Shown piece after piece: positions 25,271-39,816 of a stretch of DNA of 63,447 bases. The notes beneath the pieces are model-generated. The model was not told the DNA's origin, ran no database searches, and saw nothing but the letters and a program-made list of their open reading frames with translations. Position 1 is the first letter of the stretch. Every line of letters begins with the position of its first letter. This DNA comes from Proteromonas lacertae. Its lineage: Eukaryota. The stretch lies in NCBI GenBank assembly GCA_002245135.1, contig NGBS01000605.1, positions 62,001 through 125,447 of the forward strand. The letters are read 5' to 3'. A program made the position numbers and the translations under genes.

Positions 25271-25902
25271 TTAATTATTAGGATGCTGAACAGGTAAATT
25301 TACTGATTGAGATAAAGCAGAATTCTTTTGCAAGTCTGATTTCATTGAACTCCATATATTCTTTCTCAATTTAGCAAAAGCTCTACGATTATCGCCTTTC
25401 ATACTTGATGACAAATCCATACACTTGATTCGAGTTTCATAATCTGAATTCTTGGTTAAATCATCCACTAGCCTTCTATCTACAGGTGGAGTTTTAATCT
25501 GTAGTAATTTATGCATATCACTTTCTCTTTCACTATCTTCATTCAGCAATTCTTTACAACTTTCATTAATTATCACACTGTCAGATTGAGATATAGGTTG
25601 TAGATCATCTACTAAAGCAGCAGTAGGCGAAGGAGAAGGTGATATTTCATAACTCACATTCACTTTAATCTCCTCTTCTTTAATTGGTTGAATAGGTGGA
25701 ATTGATTCAGTATTATTATCTTCACTGTTATTCTGGTTTATTTTACTTTCTATTAATTCAACATTATCATCTTCATTTATTCCTGACATTATACTAATCG
25801 TATTTCTTCTACTACTATTTCTCCTCATTCTTGTTGATGGATTTCTTAGTAGATTATAAGGAGATTCATTGGTAATTATTCCATCACTACATATTATCTT
25901 GA

Positions 25903-25935
<33 letters not shown>

Positions 25936-28192
25936 TGGTAGTTAACATTGGTAAATCATTCTCACTACTTGAATGGTTGATTTTCAATGACAATAACTGT
26001 TTATTGACAGTTTTACTATTATTATTATTTTCTTTATCTTTTTCATCACCACCATTTACACTATTAAAATTACTTCCATTATTTGAATTGAAATTACTAT
26101 CAGGAGTCTTTAATTCAGAGATAATATCCAATAAATGACTATTATTTACATTTACATTTACATTACTATTATTGCTGAAATGATCACTTAATAAATCTTC
26201 ATCATTAATACTCTGACTTCTATTTTTAATTACTAACTTCAATGATGATTTTCTCTTATCTTTATCAGTATTTCCTATATAATACAAATCCAATGTATTT
26301 ATATCAAAATCAACAGCATGCCATCCTATACTATTTCTTGTTAAAGTCATTGCACCATTTGAACTAGAAGATGAAGATCTCATTCTACCATTTACTTGTA
26401 ATAATTTTTCATCAAAAAATGGAAATTGATTTAAAGTCTTTGTTTTTATTGAAAGTGGTGGTTGGAGTAGTGATAATGTATTTGATGTTGATTGCGGTGG
26501 TGTTGGAATATTTAATTTATGTTTTCCTTTTTTCTCTTTCTCTTTCTCTTTATTATTACAATTATTAATATCTTCAATATACTTTTGATTAATAATCACT
26601 GGTTCTTGAATTGAATCACACAATATTTTTACTACTGGATCTATCTTGTGTTTATTATTATTATATGCTTTCAAACCAAATATGAATAGTTGTAATGAAG
26701 GATCATTATCAATATAATCCTGTAGAAATGATTGAAACATTTGCGTTTCTAAGAAAGATTTCATAAAATTAATAAATTCTTTTGGTATTTTATTCAATAT
26801 TCCTTTTTCCACTAATATCTCTGGATCTGCTGTTTGAACTTCGTTTATCATTGGCATTATAGGTGATAATAGTGGATAAAAACCACTTTGTGATACAATT
26901 CTTATATTATTAATCCAATTAATAGTGGTTGGATCATTTGTTCTATTCTGACCTGTAACTAACATTTCATTCTTATATAACATTGTATTGAATTGATTGA
27001 TGAAATAAGATTCTATTGATGATGGTAGTTTAATCATTCCTGTTGTTGAATTATCTTCATTTATTGATATTGGAGAGATTACTGTGTTTCTATCTAAATT
27101 CACCACCACTCGGCTTGACATAATTTGAGCACAAATTGGACTTGATAAAGCATCAGTACAAATACCTAACAATGATGGTAATGGTATATTCAAATAATCC
27201 AATGAAATGAGTGGCACAATTGGGATATATACGTGTTGCCAGTAAAATGGATATAATAATGATATTAAAGCTTCACAACAAAATTCAATTGTACTTACGT
27301 TTGATGAATAGAATAATATTTTCTGCTCTTGTATCATATAGGATAACAACTGCACAATATTATTGATATCTAATGAAAAAAATAAAGTGTAAAAACATAT
27401 TGGATCTGTATAAGGTAGTTGATTTAAAGATGTTTTTAATGTGATTGAATATTCAAAACCTGGTAGTTTTACTATGGTTGGATCATTGTCTTTTTTTACT
27501 ATATTATTCATAAATATTTGAGATAATGTTGATTCTAATTTTAAATTATTACTATTATTGGTTGGTGAAACTAACGGTAAGGAGATTAAGTCTGGAATAG
27601 CCCAATATTTCTTCTTTATATCAATAATTACATTCTTTTCTTTATAAACATAAAATATATAACTTAGAATGGATTTAAATAAGGAGAAAAATGGATTGTG
27701 AGTGACTATACAGATAGCAAATCTTATTGGCTATTTAATAGATATAAGAACAAAAGGAATTAATACTTTTCTATCTGAATTAAGAGTCTTTGGATCTAAA
27801 AATGATATGTATATACAGTATGAATGAGATCCACCATTACCTGTCATTGTCTAATTAAAAACATTAGTGAATAAAAGAATACAAAAACAGAAAACCTAGT
27901 ATCTGTCGAATTAGGTGCAGGAACTGTACATTGATATTCTGGAGGTATTTCATCATACAAACAAAACTATATATCAATACTTGTTCATAAACTATACCAT
28001 TGAAATACATGGAGGTAATGGAAAACTTTCATAATCTTCTTGAGGCCATCTACAAAGTACATTTGAATTTCCTTCGCCATAGACTTCTTTTCCTTCTACT
28101 TATAATAAAAATTGGTGTGTTATACTTGAATCGAAGTTAGAAACGACACAATAATAGTCAAATAGTCTCGACTCCTCCTTTATTGATGCCAT
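25271..28192 (-). CDS. DENN-domain Rab GEF with low-complexity tail
   Basis: RLFDYYCVV, RWPQEDYESFPLP..FCL, EQKILF, LLYPFYWQHVYIP, FLETQMFQSF. ATG at 28192 with several short introns. Confidence 0.9.
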
Positions 28193-28283
28193 TTCTCACT
28201 TTGATTATCGCTTTTAAAAATGATGTTTCAAAAATTACAAGCTTAAAAGCTTGAGATGGTTGTTTGTTTTTTTAAAATCTAAA

Positions 28284-29228
28284 ATGCATAGGAATAAGAG
28301 CAAATTATTGAAAAGTAAATACATTTTTATTGTTATACACTATATTATCTATAGAAAATCCAGACTTGTTAGATTTAAAAGACATAATAATTGAATCAAT
28401 CACAAAAGAACAACCGCCTTACATTGCAGAAATTAAACAATCCATATCTTTGTTGTGTGAACTTTTCACAACAGAGTTTAGAAGAATAGATGGTGAAATA
28501 ACAGAATTAAGAAATCCTATTACAACAGTAGGAGTGCCTGGTGATTTACGTCCTTTATTAGCAAAAATAAATCAACTTGAATCAAAAGTGATAGACTCTA
28601 CACAAACAATTCAGCAAATGCAGTTATGGATGTCAAAACACAAGGATATAATTGAGAAGTTATATGAAGTAGATCAAAGGTTTTTAAATACTCATACTCA
28701 TATTGAAGCAATGGCTGAAGCTTTAGATACAAAATTAGAAAGACTTTCAGAGACTTTGAAGAATCAAAGAGATAAAGATACTGCAGTTATTACTGTATAT
28801 AATATATATTTGTTTATGATTTAATGTCATAGCATGAATATGAATCAAAATTTAACGAAATGATGGCTCAGTATGACCAACAGATAGCTACACTGCAAGA
28901 GTCAATAAATCATGAAAGAAATCAAAGAATAGAGCATATTAAAAACTTACAAAAATGGACAGATAAACATGTATAAGTGTATTTTATTCATAAATAGTAT
29001 TTGAAAGAAATAAAGTATGCTCCACCTCCAGCAGGAGAACAACCAGTAGAAACGCAATATAATATAGAACAATTGACACAGTTAGGATCTATTCATAACA
29101 GTAAAATATCAGAACTATCATCAGCTGTGTCACAATTACAAGTAGAATTTAACAGAAGACTTAACTCAATTTGTAAAGCTATTCAGGTTATTTCTGATTA
29201 TATTGAACCAAACAAAGGTAGTAGTTAA
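28284..29228 (+). CDS. Coiled-coil hypothetical protein (3 introns)
   Basis: ATG 28284; GT-AG introns join ORFs 28330-28824 and 29001-29228; heptad-rich. Confidence 0.7.
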
Positions 29229-29470
29229 TTTATTTACATCTTTTTATGTTATTTAATTAATATTTTAACAGTACCTGTTGAATTTTTTATTTATATTCTT
29301 GTAACATTATATAAATTAATATGAAAAATTCGATATTCATATCGTTGTAATGATAAAGACACTGTAGCAGTTGAAAAATAAAGAATGATTTAAACAGCCG
29401 AAAACCAACAACCGATTTGCTCAAATCATTTTTTTCAGAATTAATCTGTATTTAAGCTTTATTAATCAAA

Positions 29471-30446
29471 ATGCCACAACAAAACAAGTATATAATTATA
29501 TAAATTACGATTTTAACTATTATATGTGCATTTAATGCAATGTAACGACAATATAGAAAACACTTATTATATATTATTTTATTTTAAATAGAAAAGGTAA
29601 TTCCAACAAAAATCAAAAGAAACAAGCAGAAAAACAACAAACAACAAGCAGTATATGAAAACATTCTTATTTTCATAGCTACAAACAGTCAGAATGAAAT
29701 ATACAAAAAAGCTGAAGAAATGGGATTTACAAGAGATCAAGTAAACAAAGCAGTTGATGAAATGTTTACTCATGGAATGAACTATGATAGTCCAGACGAT
29801 GTTATTTTATATTTATCAGGAGTATAGATTATTTAAAGTAATTTTTAAATAGGCTTTAACACCAAATGATAAAAAGTCTGAAGAAAAACCAGAACCAGCC
29901 AAGGAACAACCAAAACCAACTCCAGCACCAGCACCTGCTTTAGCTAAACAACCTGTTGTTCCACCAAAACAAGAATTTACTTCAGTTAGAGTAAATACAC
30001 CTCCGAAACAACCACCACCACCATTACCACAAAAAAATGAGCATTCAGAGTTATTATGCAAAGTATCTAAATCCAAAGATTTGAAATTAGCCTTAGAAGG
30101 TTTGACAAAATGGTTTGAATCAATCAATCCTAATCAACATTTCATATTCTATGAAAGTGATGCGTTTTACTATCTAATTAAAAATCTATACGAACATTTA
30201 ACTACTTTTAACAATGACTTGTTATTATCTCATTTCTTAACCGTTTCTTTCAGTATTTCAAACGAATTATCTATTAAAATAACCACTTTATTAAGATCAT
30301 TATTAATGAATATACAGAATGCAAGTAATCAAGATACAAATAGACTTTTGGAAGAAGTGAAGAATATGTTGACACAGTTTTTCTATTTACATTATACATC
30401 TATGAATTACAATCATAATTTACATCAAGAAAGTATATATTATATA

Positions 30447-30479
<33 letters not shown>

Positions 30480-31716
30480 GATATATTATCCAATGATATT
30501 ATGCAGAAATTCAATAATGATATTAGAGATCAATTTAAAGAGAGAGATTTGAATAGTGAATATTTATCAATATTATGTATTAAATATTATTATTATTATT
30601 ATAAATATAGTTTCCCAATTGAATTTATTATTAAGTGCCAATATCCAACATATCAATGAACCAGATGTTAGTATAATCAAAGAAGATAAAACAACCAACG
30701 AAGCAAAATCACTCCAGAATAAATTCGCAGAGAAATTCAATTTATTAAATAAAGAAAAACAATCGAAATTAGATTTGGTGCAAAAATGTTTGGATGACCA
30801 AACCCAATTGAAATTGGAGAAAATAAAGAGAAAAGAAGAATTAGAGAATCAATTGACAATATTAAACAAAGAAATTAACCAAATCAATAAAACTTTAGAA
30901 ATGCAACAGAAGGAGAGACAAACTATCGAAAATGACTATGCCAAAAAGACTGACGAATTGAACTTAGAATCCAAAGGAATTGTCAATATGATCCGTATGT
31001 CTGAAGCAACAAGTCAATTGAAGAATAATTATAAAGACTTATATCAGATGTTAAAGAATAATATTCAAATTACTCCACTCAATGATAATGAGATTAGTGA
31101 CAAAAAGATTAATCTATTGACACAAACTGTTAGATATATGACAAAAGAAGTAAAATGCGTAAACTTTATTAAAAATCGATTAAATGAAAATATTAAGAGA
31201 TGTAAAGATTTGGAAGAAAATAACAATAGTGATAAGAAAGCTATTGATGAGTGTAAAAACTATATTAATTCTGATAATGAAACATTAAACGCATTATTGA
31301 GTAAAGTAAATGAATCTGTTGAGATTATAAACTCTCAAATTATTCATACTAAATTAGTTGAGACTCAAGGTCCTTACCTTCAGAAATTGTTAAGTTTATA
31401 CCATTCAATTGGACAAGATGTGAGTTTTGAAGGTGTTCCAACTCCATCATTTACTGCATTAACACCTGAAGGTTTGACTACTACTGTACCAGGTACTGAG
31501 ATGATGAGAAGTACACCTGTTAAACAGAATGTTGTTAATAGTAATAATAATAATAGCAAATCTAATTCATCTGTGAAAAAAGTTGTCAAGACTCCAGCTA
31601 AAAATATGAATTCACCAATGCCGAAACTTACTTGGGCTTCTTCACCTGCTCCTGCTGTTCCAGCTCCATCTTTGAATGATATTTTGAAAGAACAAGAACA
31701 AACTGGTAAGAAGTAA
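29471..31716 (+). CDS. Protein with N-terminal UBA-like motif, Pro-rich linker and coiled coil
   Basis: MPQQNK|KGNSN..., EEMGFTRDQVNKAV (UBA-like MGF loop). Five introns connect to ORFs 30081 and 30556-31716. Confidence 0.7.
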
Positions 31717-31839
31717 ATATAGGTTTAAGAACATTAAAAAAGAAATATTAATTATTATTATTCATCATTTCAATTGTCTTGTTTTAATAAACTGTAAATT
31801 TCACTTCAAACAAGTTTGACTTTTGTTTTATTTATTTTC

Positions 31840-32560
31840 ATGTCAATCCCGTTAGAGAACAGAATTATTAACCATGAAAGTGAAGTATTTATTATTTATT
31901 TATTATCCATCCTAATAGATTTTTCAAATATATGAGGATAGAATTTATGTAGGAACTAGAGGGACTTTATCAACTTTTATATCAACACCACAGGATTTTC
32001 AAGCAATTGATCATTGGGTGAAAGATACAGCCTTCATTGTATTTATTTATTGTTGATTTCCATAACTAGAAAGTCTTACCAGATTCAGGATGTATGAGTG
32101 TAGCTGAATATGATCAATTTCAAAGGGAAATATATTATTGGGATAGATATACTAAAGTTTTACAACAGATTTTATTTTATCTAGGTTTTAAGTTTATAAA
32201 TACTGAGTATAGAATTATTTTTCATTATATTTATATTATAGTAAAGGCGCAGCTATAAAAGAACACAATTTTTGTGATACTCATTTTCAATTCTTATTGA
32301 ACAATCAAAATTACTCTATATTTCTTGGATTAATTTCAAAAGTACTTAGTTCAATGGGAAATTTTACTGCATTATGTTATGCTAGAGATTCTTTGTTAGA
32401 TTCTTTGTTTTGTAGTGTCAGAGATAGAAAAGGACTTGCTAAATATATGACTGATCCAATAAAATGGTTTGCTCAAACATTCTTGAATATGTGTTCACCT
32501 CAAGCAAAAGATTTCTATATGAATACACTTTATACACTCAATCCAAGTATGTTCAAATAA
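31840..32560 (+). CDS. Small hypothetical protein (3 introns), weak resemblance to a cullin N-terminal helix
   Basis: Open frame after splicing: MSIPLENRIINHESE|IFQIY...YWDRYTKVLQQILFYLG..., joining ORF 32297-32560. Confidence 0.6.
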
Positions 32561-32759
32561 ATTAATAATTGATATATATCTAAAATTCTTATTATATATT
32601 ATGTTTACATTTTTATATTTGTTTTGAAGATAAAAAATGAAAAACAAAATCAAAATGCTTGATTCTTGTTTGTTCAAAAATATTTCGTTTATTTTGTCTT
32701 TCTTCATCTAATATAATAATATTAATTTAAACTAATAAATCACAATAAAAAAGTCACAA

Positions 32760-35700
32760 TGAATTCCATAAAAGAGAGAATGCAAGCAAAAGAGAAGGCA
32801 ATTGCCAGGAAGTTGAAAGCAAAAGTATATAATATATTTTAATAATTCCAATTTTAGATGTGTTGGGGTAAAATAAGAGCAGCGATTAAAACCAAGTCAA
32901 TAGACAGAATGATTCAAAATAAATATAATAGCATGATTCAAGAAGCTCTATTTTTAGTTTCAACAAGTCAAGTATTAGTAGAAGTAGAAGATCCAGCTAA
33001 AGTACCAATATGGAAACAAGGTAATTTAGAATTCTATACTCCAGAAAATATAAGAAGACGTAGAAATCTACAATTTGATCCTGGTGTTTCAGCTGTATTG
33101 AATCTATTTTGGAGAGTCGGTGGCTTTCATAAAGAAACAATGGAGAAAATCACAGAAGAAGAATACAAAGACTTTATGATGAGAGTTTATAAAGTTGTAC
33201 TATATGATTTTACACCAACTCAAGCAAAAGAAGCAATAGATATCGATTGGGAGAAAGATTCGAAAGGATTGGGATATCTAACAGAAAAGATGTTAAGAGA
33301 TGCATTATTTGAATTAGCAGACACATGGTGTTTAGATATAGATGGTAGAGAATACGAAGAATTTCTATTTAAAATATACAAAAATGTAACAGTTGGTTCA
33401 CCACCAATGTTTAAGCCAATTGAAGATATTAAGTTTGATGGAAGTGTATTAGATGGTAGTAAAGGCCATCATGAATATGTAGATGAAGAAGAAGAAAAGA
33501 GAAAGAAGAAAGCTGAAGAAGAAGAACGAGAAAGGAAAGAAAGAGAGAAGAAAATGGCAATGCCAATTCCAGTACATAAGAAGTCATTAGTCAATAATGA
33601 TGATGAAAATGTGAAGAAAGTGAAAATACCAAAAGTAAGAAGAAGTACAGTGAAAGATGAGAAAAAGAATGAAGATGAGAATAAAGATAATAAAAATGAT
33701 AATTTACCAATACAATCAGAAGTGAAAGAAGAAGAGAAGAAAGATGAAAATGAGAATGATAATCAGAATAATAATGATGAAAATAAAGATAATAATGAGA
33801 TTAAGACTATGTTTGTACCATTGAAATTAGCTGCTCCAAAGATTGATCAATCATCGAAGAAGTTTAAGAATGTGAAAATAGGGAATTTGAATAAAGATAA
33901 TAATAATAGTGGTAATAATGGAGATAATAATAATGCAAATGGAAATGATGGAAGTAATGGTAATGGTGCAAATGGAAGTAATTATTTGAATAATGATTTG
34001 TATAATAATCTTTTATCTGGTAATACATCAAACAATAATGATGGAAATAACAATGAAAGTAATAATAATGGAAATGGAAGTGAAGGAAATAATGGTGAGA
34101 AGGGAGAAGAGAATGGAGGTGAGAATGGAAATAATGGTGAAGAAAACGGTGAGAATGGAGAAAATGGTGAAGGAGGTGAAGGAAATGAAAGCGAAGGTAA
34201 TGATGAATTTAATGAGAATGGTGGTATTAGTGGAAGTGGTGATAATAATAATGCTATTGGGAATAGTAAAAAATTTAAGAATATAATAGGAAAACCAACT
34301 GGTGGAAAAAGAGGTAAAAGTAAAAGTGGAAAAAGTATTATCAGATCAGGATCACCCAATCATAAGAAGAGTATGACTGGAAAAAGTATTTCACCCAATA
34401 GAAAATCATCACCAAATGGTAGAAAAAGTTCACCAAATGGAAGGAAATCATCTCCTAATAATGGTAGAAAGAAATCTATTAAACCTGGTAGTGGTAGTAG
34501 TGGTAGTAATCATTATAATAATTTAATAGGAGGTGGAGGAGAAGGAGAAGGAGGAAATGGTAGTGGTAGTTACAATAATAGTGGAAATGGTTCAAGTAGT
34601 GGTGGTGGTAGTGGTGTAAGTAGTTATACTGATAGTAATAGTAATAGAATAGATGGTGGGAATTACAATGGTGTTAAAGATAAAGATGGAAATTATATTA
34701 ATAGAGGTAATGGAGGATTATCCACTAATGGATCAAATAATTATGGCAATAATTCATCTATTACTCCAAATACAAATTATAACGATAAAGAATACAATGA
34801 AGATTGGAAACCAAGTGGTGTATTTGATAAACATCATGATAAATATGATACTGAGCATTTACCTATTAATAATACTGGTGTTAATAGTGGTCATGTTGAA
34901 GGAGAAGCATGGAAATCAGTAAGTGGTAAATTGACTGATAAGAATGTAGAATATATTCCTCCACAGAATGGATCTTCTAATCCAAGTGATAGAGATGGTA
35001 GTACAGGAATGAAGACATCATTGGATGGATCAAATAATAAATTTCAACCATCTATCACAGGTGGAAACAATAATGGCAATGATAATAGAAAATCAAAAAG
35101 AGTGAGTAAAAGAATATCTAATTCTGTCAATAGACTATCTCAAATCAACAAACATGATAATACTCCAACTAATTATGGTACTTATGATGATACAGTATCT
35201 ACTGAAGCTTGGTTACCTGTAGGAAAAATTAAAAAACACAATGATATTTATATCACAGATCCAACAAAAGTAGATCAAAAATTAGGTGATGAATATGGAG
35301 GAATTAAAGAGTATAATGGTAATTGGAGACCTGCTGGAGCTGGTGGTGCTGGTTTAGAGGAATCTCAAGATATTTATATAACCTCTGAACCATTTATTGA
35401 TCAAAATGGAGTATTTCATGATCCAAATGGTAGTGTAAGTAGTAGTAGAAGAACAAGTATGTGGATTCCTGCAGGTTTAGTTGAACAGAAATATGTACCG
35501 AATAGTACAAATGGTGAGAAATATGTTAATCCAACAGATAATTCATGGAAAAGAGAGAGTAAGTGTGATATTGTTGTTACAAAGTATGCTGATTATTCAA
35601 CTGGATATGAACCAAGTGGATTAAATACTGCTCCTTATGCTGATGTATATATTAATTATAATTATCTATTATTAAATAGCCAAAAGACAATCCTTTAACA

Positions 35701-35991
35701 AGGAAAATAGTATCAGATGGTCCATCAGTACCCAAATTTGGTAAAGGTCCTGATAATTACATTCCAAGTATATTCTCATCAGAACCACCACCAAATGATG
35801 GTGATAAAAGGAAATCAAGAATTAGTAATCAGGATTTCAGTAGAAGAGCATCTTCAATTAGTGGTAATGGAAGGAGAAGTTCATTGGCAAATAAAAGAGT
35901 ATCTTCAATAAGTCCAAATACCGTATGTATTGATATATTTATTATAATAGTTGAAAAAAACAGCTTCTGCTGGTAAGTTAAATAATCCTCC

Positions 35992-36028
<37 letters not shown>

Positions 36029-38629
36029 GACACTACAACCACAAAAGAGTAATAGACATCCAACACTCTCAAGACAAGGAAGCAGTCTTAGTAATAGAAG
36101 TAACAGAAGTCCACCATTATCTAAACAGGGAAGTGGATATTTATTAAATAGACAGAATAGCAATAAAACATTTCAATATTCTGAGGCATTACAACAAAAG
36201 ATTGCTATGTTGAAAGAGAATCTCAAAACACCAATAAATAGTCCAATTCATAGTGGTAATACTGAAACAGTTCCAGATTATTATGCAATGGAGAATGAGA
36301 AATTCAAACAATTAGAATATGAGCATCAAATGCAATATATTGAACAATTGAAACGTCAAGAAGAAATGGAATATAAAAAACAATGGAAATATCAACAGAA
36401 ACTTAAAGCAATGGGAAGTGGTGATGGTAATACTCAAAATGTAATGGCTATTCCAGAAGAAAAAGAGGGAGAAGAACAACAACAACAAGATGGTAAAGGA
36501 GAACAAGCGAATCAAAATGAGGGAGAAGGTGAGAGAGAAGAAGAAAAAGTTGAAGAGAAAGTTGAAGAAGAAGAAAGACCAAAAACACCAGAAATTGAAT
36601 CAGTAATAGCTACAGCTTCACAAAGATGGAATAAAGCACAAAGAACACCAATGGAATTTGCCAAAAGAATAGATATTTCATCTGAAGCAGATGTACAAGC
36701 ACCAGTAACAATACCAGCAGATAGACCAACCATGGAATTCACATTTACTAGTGAAGTAGCTGAAAAACGAAAAAGTGAGTTAAGAAAGAAGATATATGTA
36801 GGAAGTAAACACAATGTCAGATTATTAGCTCCACCTGGAATGATATCTTATAGATCTGTCAGTCCATCTTCCGCAAGTACATCAAGATCAAGATCATCTA
36901 TGTTTTCAACAGCTTCTTCTGAAGATGGTAGTGATTTACCTGAACATAATTTAACAAGAACTAGTATTAGAACACTATACAATAGACCCGCTAGTGGAGA
37001 AATAACAGAGAGTGATACTAATACATATACAGTGGATATAATACCAGGTTCATCTCAAGAAATTCCAATACATAAGAAACAAAGGGAAAGATCAAATTCA
37101 CCACCTCAACAACAGCAACAACAGTTATTAAGACCACCATCATCACATGGTCCATCTCCACTTAGACCCCAAACAGCTGATTCACAATTATCACAATTCA
37201 AATTAGATGATAGTATGAGTGATAGAAATTCAAGAGTTACAATAACAAGAGAATATGAAAATGTTACACCATTACCTGATAATATTATACCAATTTCAGC
37301 TGATAAGGTATATTATGATTCTAAAGGTGCTAATAATAAGAATTTATCTTTAGGTAAATCACAAATACCAGTTTTAGCTTCGTTAATATCAGGTAATCAA
37401 AATGCAGCAGCAACAAAGATAATAATCAAACCAAAAGTGAATAAAGTGGAGAATTTGAACAAACAATATGCAGAGGAATTGTCTGGTGAAGCTTATAGAA
37501 AGAAATCGAAGATATTCAACAGAATCTCCAGAATAGAAGAAACTCCACAAGAAAATGAAACTGTGAATGAAGTGAATAGTAAAACATTAGATGTTATACA
37601 AAAGAGAAATAATAATAGCAACGATGATGAAGAAAATGAAGAAAAGAAAATAAACAATGATACATTGAAACTAGATCCAATTAATACAACAACAACAAAT
37701 AAAGCTCTATTCTCACCAATAAAAGATTTGAAGAATATCAAATCAAAACTAATGGAACCTACTGTATCATCCTTAGCATCAACACATCCAAAGATAGTAA
37801 AAGAAGAGAAGAAGTATGAAATGAAACCAATCAGACCATTATCTCCATTATTACCAAATACATTCTTAGTAATGGATGGAGTATTAACATCCAAATTACC
37901 TCCAAATGAAATTAATATGTGTGTTGTTCCACCAAAAGTATATTATATATTAATTAATTATATTAATATTTTTTATAGAATAGTAAACAAATTCAACAGA
38001 TAGAACAATATTCAAAACAACAACAACAACAACATAATCATTATGAAAAGACTCTTATACCTCACCATCATAATAACAATGAAGAAGAAGATGATGATGA
38101 TATGTTTAATGAATTAAATGATGATGATGGAGTAGAGAACAGTTTTAATAATTTAAGTAATAGTAATAATTTCTATAAAACAAAAACTACAATTTCTTCA
38201 TCTCCATTATCTTATAATAATAATAATAACACAGTAAAAGAAGAAAAAAGTGAAGGATCTCTAATTTCAGTAAGACCATGTACAACTGTACCACAATCAA
38301 GGAAATCAGAATTAATTACACCAATCAGAAAGACTGTATCAAGTCAAGGAAAAAGAACAAATAAACACAATAACAAAAACAATAATAATGAAAAGAAAGT
38401 AGATTATTATAAATATACCAATGTGAATAATAATAACAATAAAGATGACTTCTTTGAATTACCACCATTGAAAACTTCTCAATATGAATTGTCTAAGAGT
38501 ATTAACACATTTTTACCAACATTTTCGCAAAGACCTTCAGAATTGAGTTTTAAACCAGTTGGTGAGTTTGAATATCCTATTCAGAAGTTTTCAAGAAGTG
38601 CTCCTTTGTATGTAGATGATATTGTGTAA
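32760..38629 (+). CDS. Large protein: N-terminal EF-hand-like helical domain followed by long N/G/E/S-rich disordered regions
   Basis: ATG 32760 splices into ORF 32858 (ITEEEYKDFM...DWEKD...LFELADTW). Introns near 35645, 35924 and 37938 link to ORFs 36207 and 38102. One apparent frameshift at the CAA run near 35990. Confidence 0.65.
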
Positions 38630-38752
38630 TAAACTGTCATTTTATAAATTATAAATTAATTATATACATTTTTTTTTGATTATGTTATTAATACGCAAAT
38701 ATACGAAAATTAATAATATAAAAATTTTAATATAATTTTAATTACAAATATT

Positions 38753-39397
38753 TTAGAAAAGATCGTTTAAGTCTACATTATCATCAGTTCCACCTGCACT
38801 TGGTTCATAATCCATAATATCTTGTGACAATGTTCTTTCTGTTCTGGACTGTTGTTGATTCATTAAATCTTCATTAAATATGTCTACTTGTGTTTTTGGT
38901 TTAGGTGCTGGTGGTTTAGCAGGAGCAGCCTTTGGTGCTAATCTTGGAGATTGTTTTGGTGAAGCTTTTGGTGATGCTTTAGGAGCAGCTGCTGGTACAG
39001 GTTTAGGAGATGCTTTTGGAGCAGCTTTGGGTGATGCTGCAGGTGGAGCAACTGGTGCTGCTGCATATGCAGCAGCTAGCCCACATTCTTCTCTTGTTGC
39101 TTTCAGTACGATTGATCCATCATAAGGTGGAATTATCATACTATTATCGTTTACATCATACCAAACTATGGTTAAATATTATATTTTCTGATTATACCAA
39201 AATTGCTTCTTCCCATCTGTTTCTTATGTCTAAAATGATATGTACCACTTAATGGAAATTTCTAATTATTATATTTTGAATTATACGGCTAGTATATCCT
39301 TCAAACAGACTTCATCAACATTAGTATTAATTTTAAACATGTTTGGACATTCATCATCATCTCCATCTCCATATACTGTGTAAAAAACAGCTGTCAT
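38753..39397 (-). CDS. DIX-domain protein with Ala/Pro/Lys-rich tail
   Basis: MTAVFYTVYG...VCLKDILA|KFPLSGTYHFRHK...|WYDVNDNSMIIPPYDGSIVLKA fits the DIX pattern; two introns. Confidence 0.8.
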
Positions 39398-39816
39398 TTT
39401 ATTATTATTAGCCAAAATCAAAAAGATATTATAAACCAATAATCAATAAGATTTTTTGAACCGACTCTATTTTCACTTAATTCTTAATTATGGTTTTTAA
39501 GAGTTTTTAAAGGTTGAATTTTTAAAGTAGTGTGATTAAATAGATTATATGAAGATGAATAAAGGAATAAGCAATAATATTGTGTGAATGTTTGTTTAGT
39601 TTGTTCTTGGAAGTATATAGTCATCTAAAGTATTTTCTAATAGACTTATCATACACATTCCTGATAGATTCTCTTATTTAGTTTGTTATTGTTTTTATTA
39701 TCAAAATATCTATAAATAGTTTTTGTTTATTTTTGTGTATTTCATTGAAATATGGTTAATATGGTTTGATTAACAACATATTAAGTTAAAATAATAAAAA
39801 GAAAGATTATTGAATA

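Noticed and set aside
30433..30610. (TAT)n and (TA)n tracts here and at 2981-3000 and 22081-22103
   Set aside because: Simple microsatellites inside introns; not CRISPR-like or telomeric.
35985..36030. Frame switch at the (CAA)n run as a programmed frameshift
   Set aside because: A one-base offset at a microsatellite; an assembly indel is simpler.
33982..39252. Antisense and off-frame ORFs (e.g. 33982-34359, 35978-36163 poly-Cys, 38880-39125)
   Set aside because: They are shadows of low-complexity coding sequence in another frame or strand.
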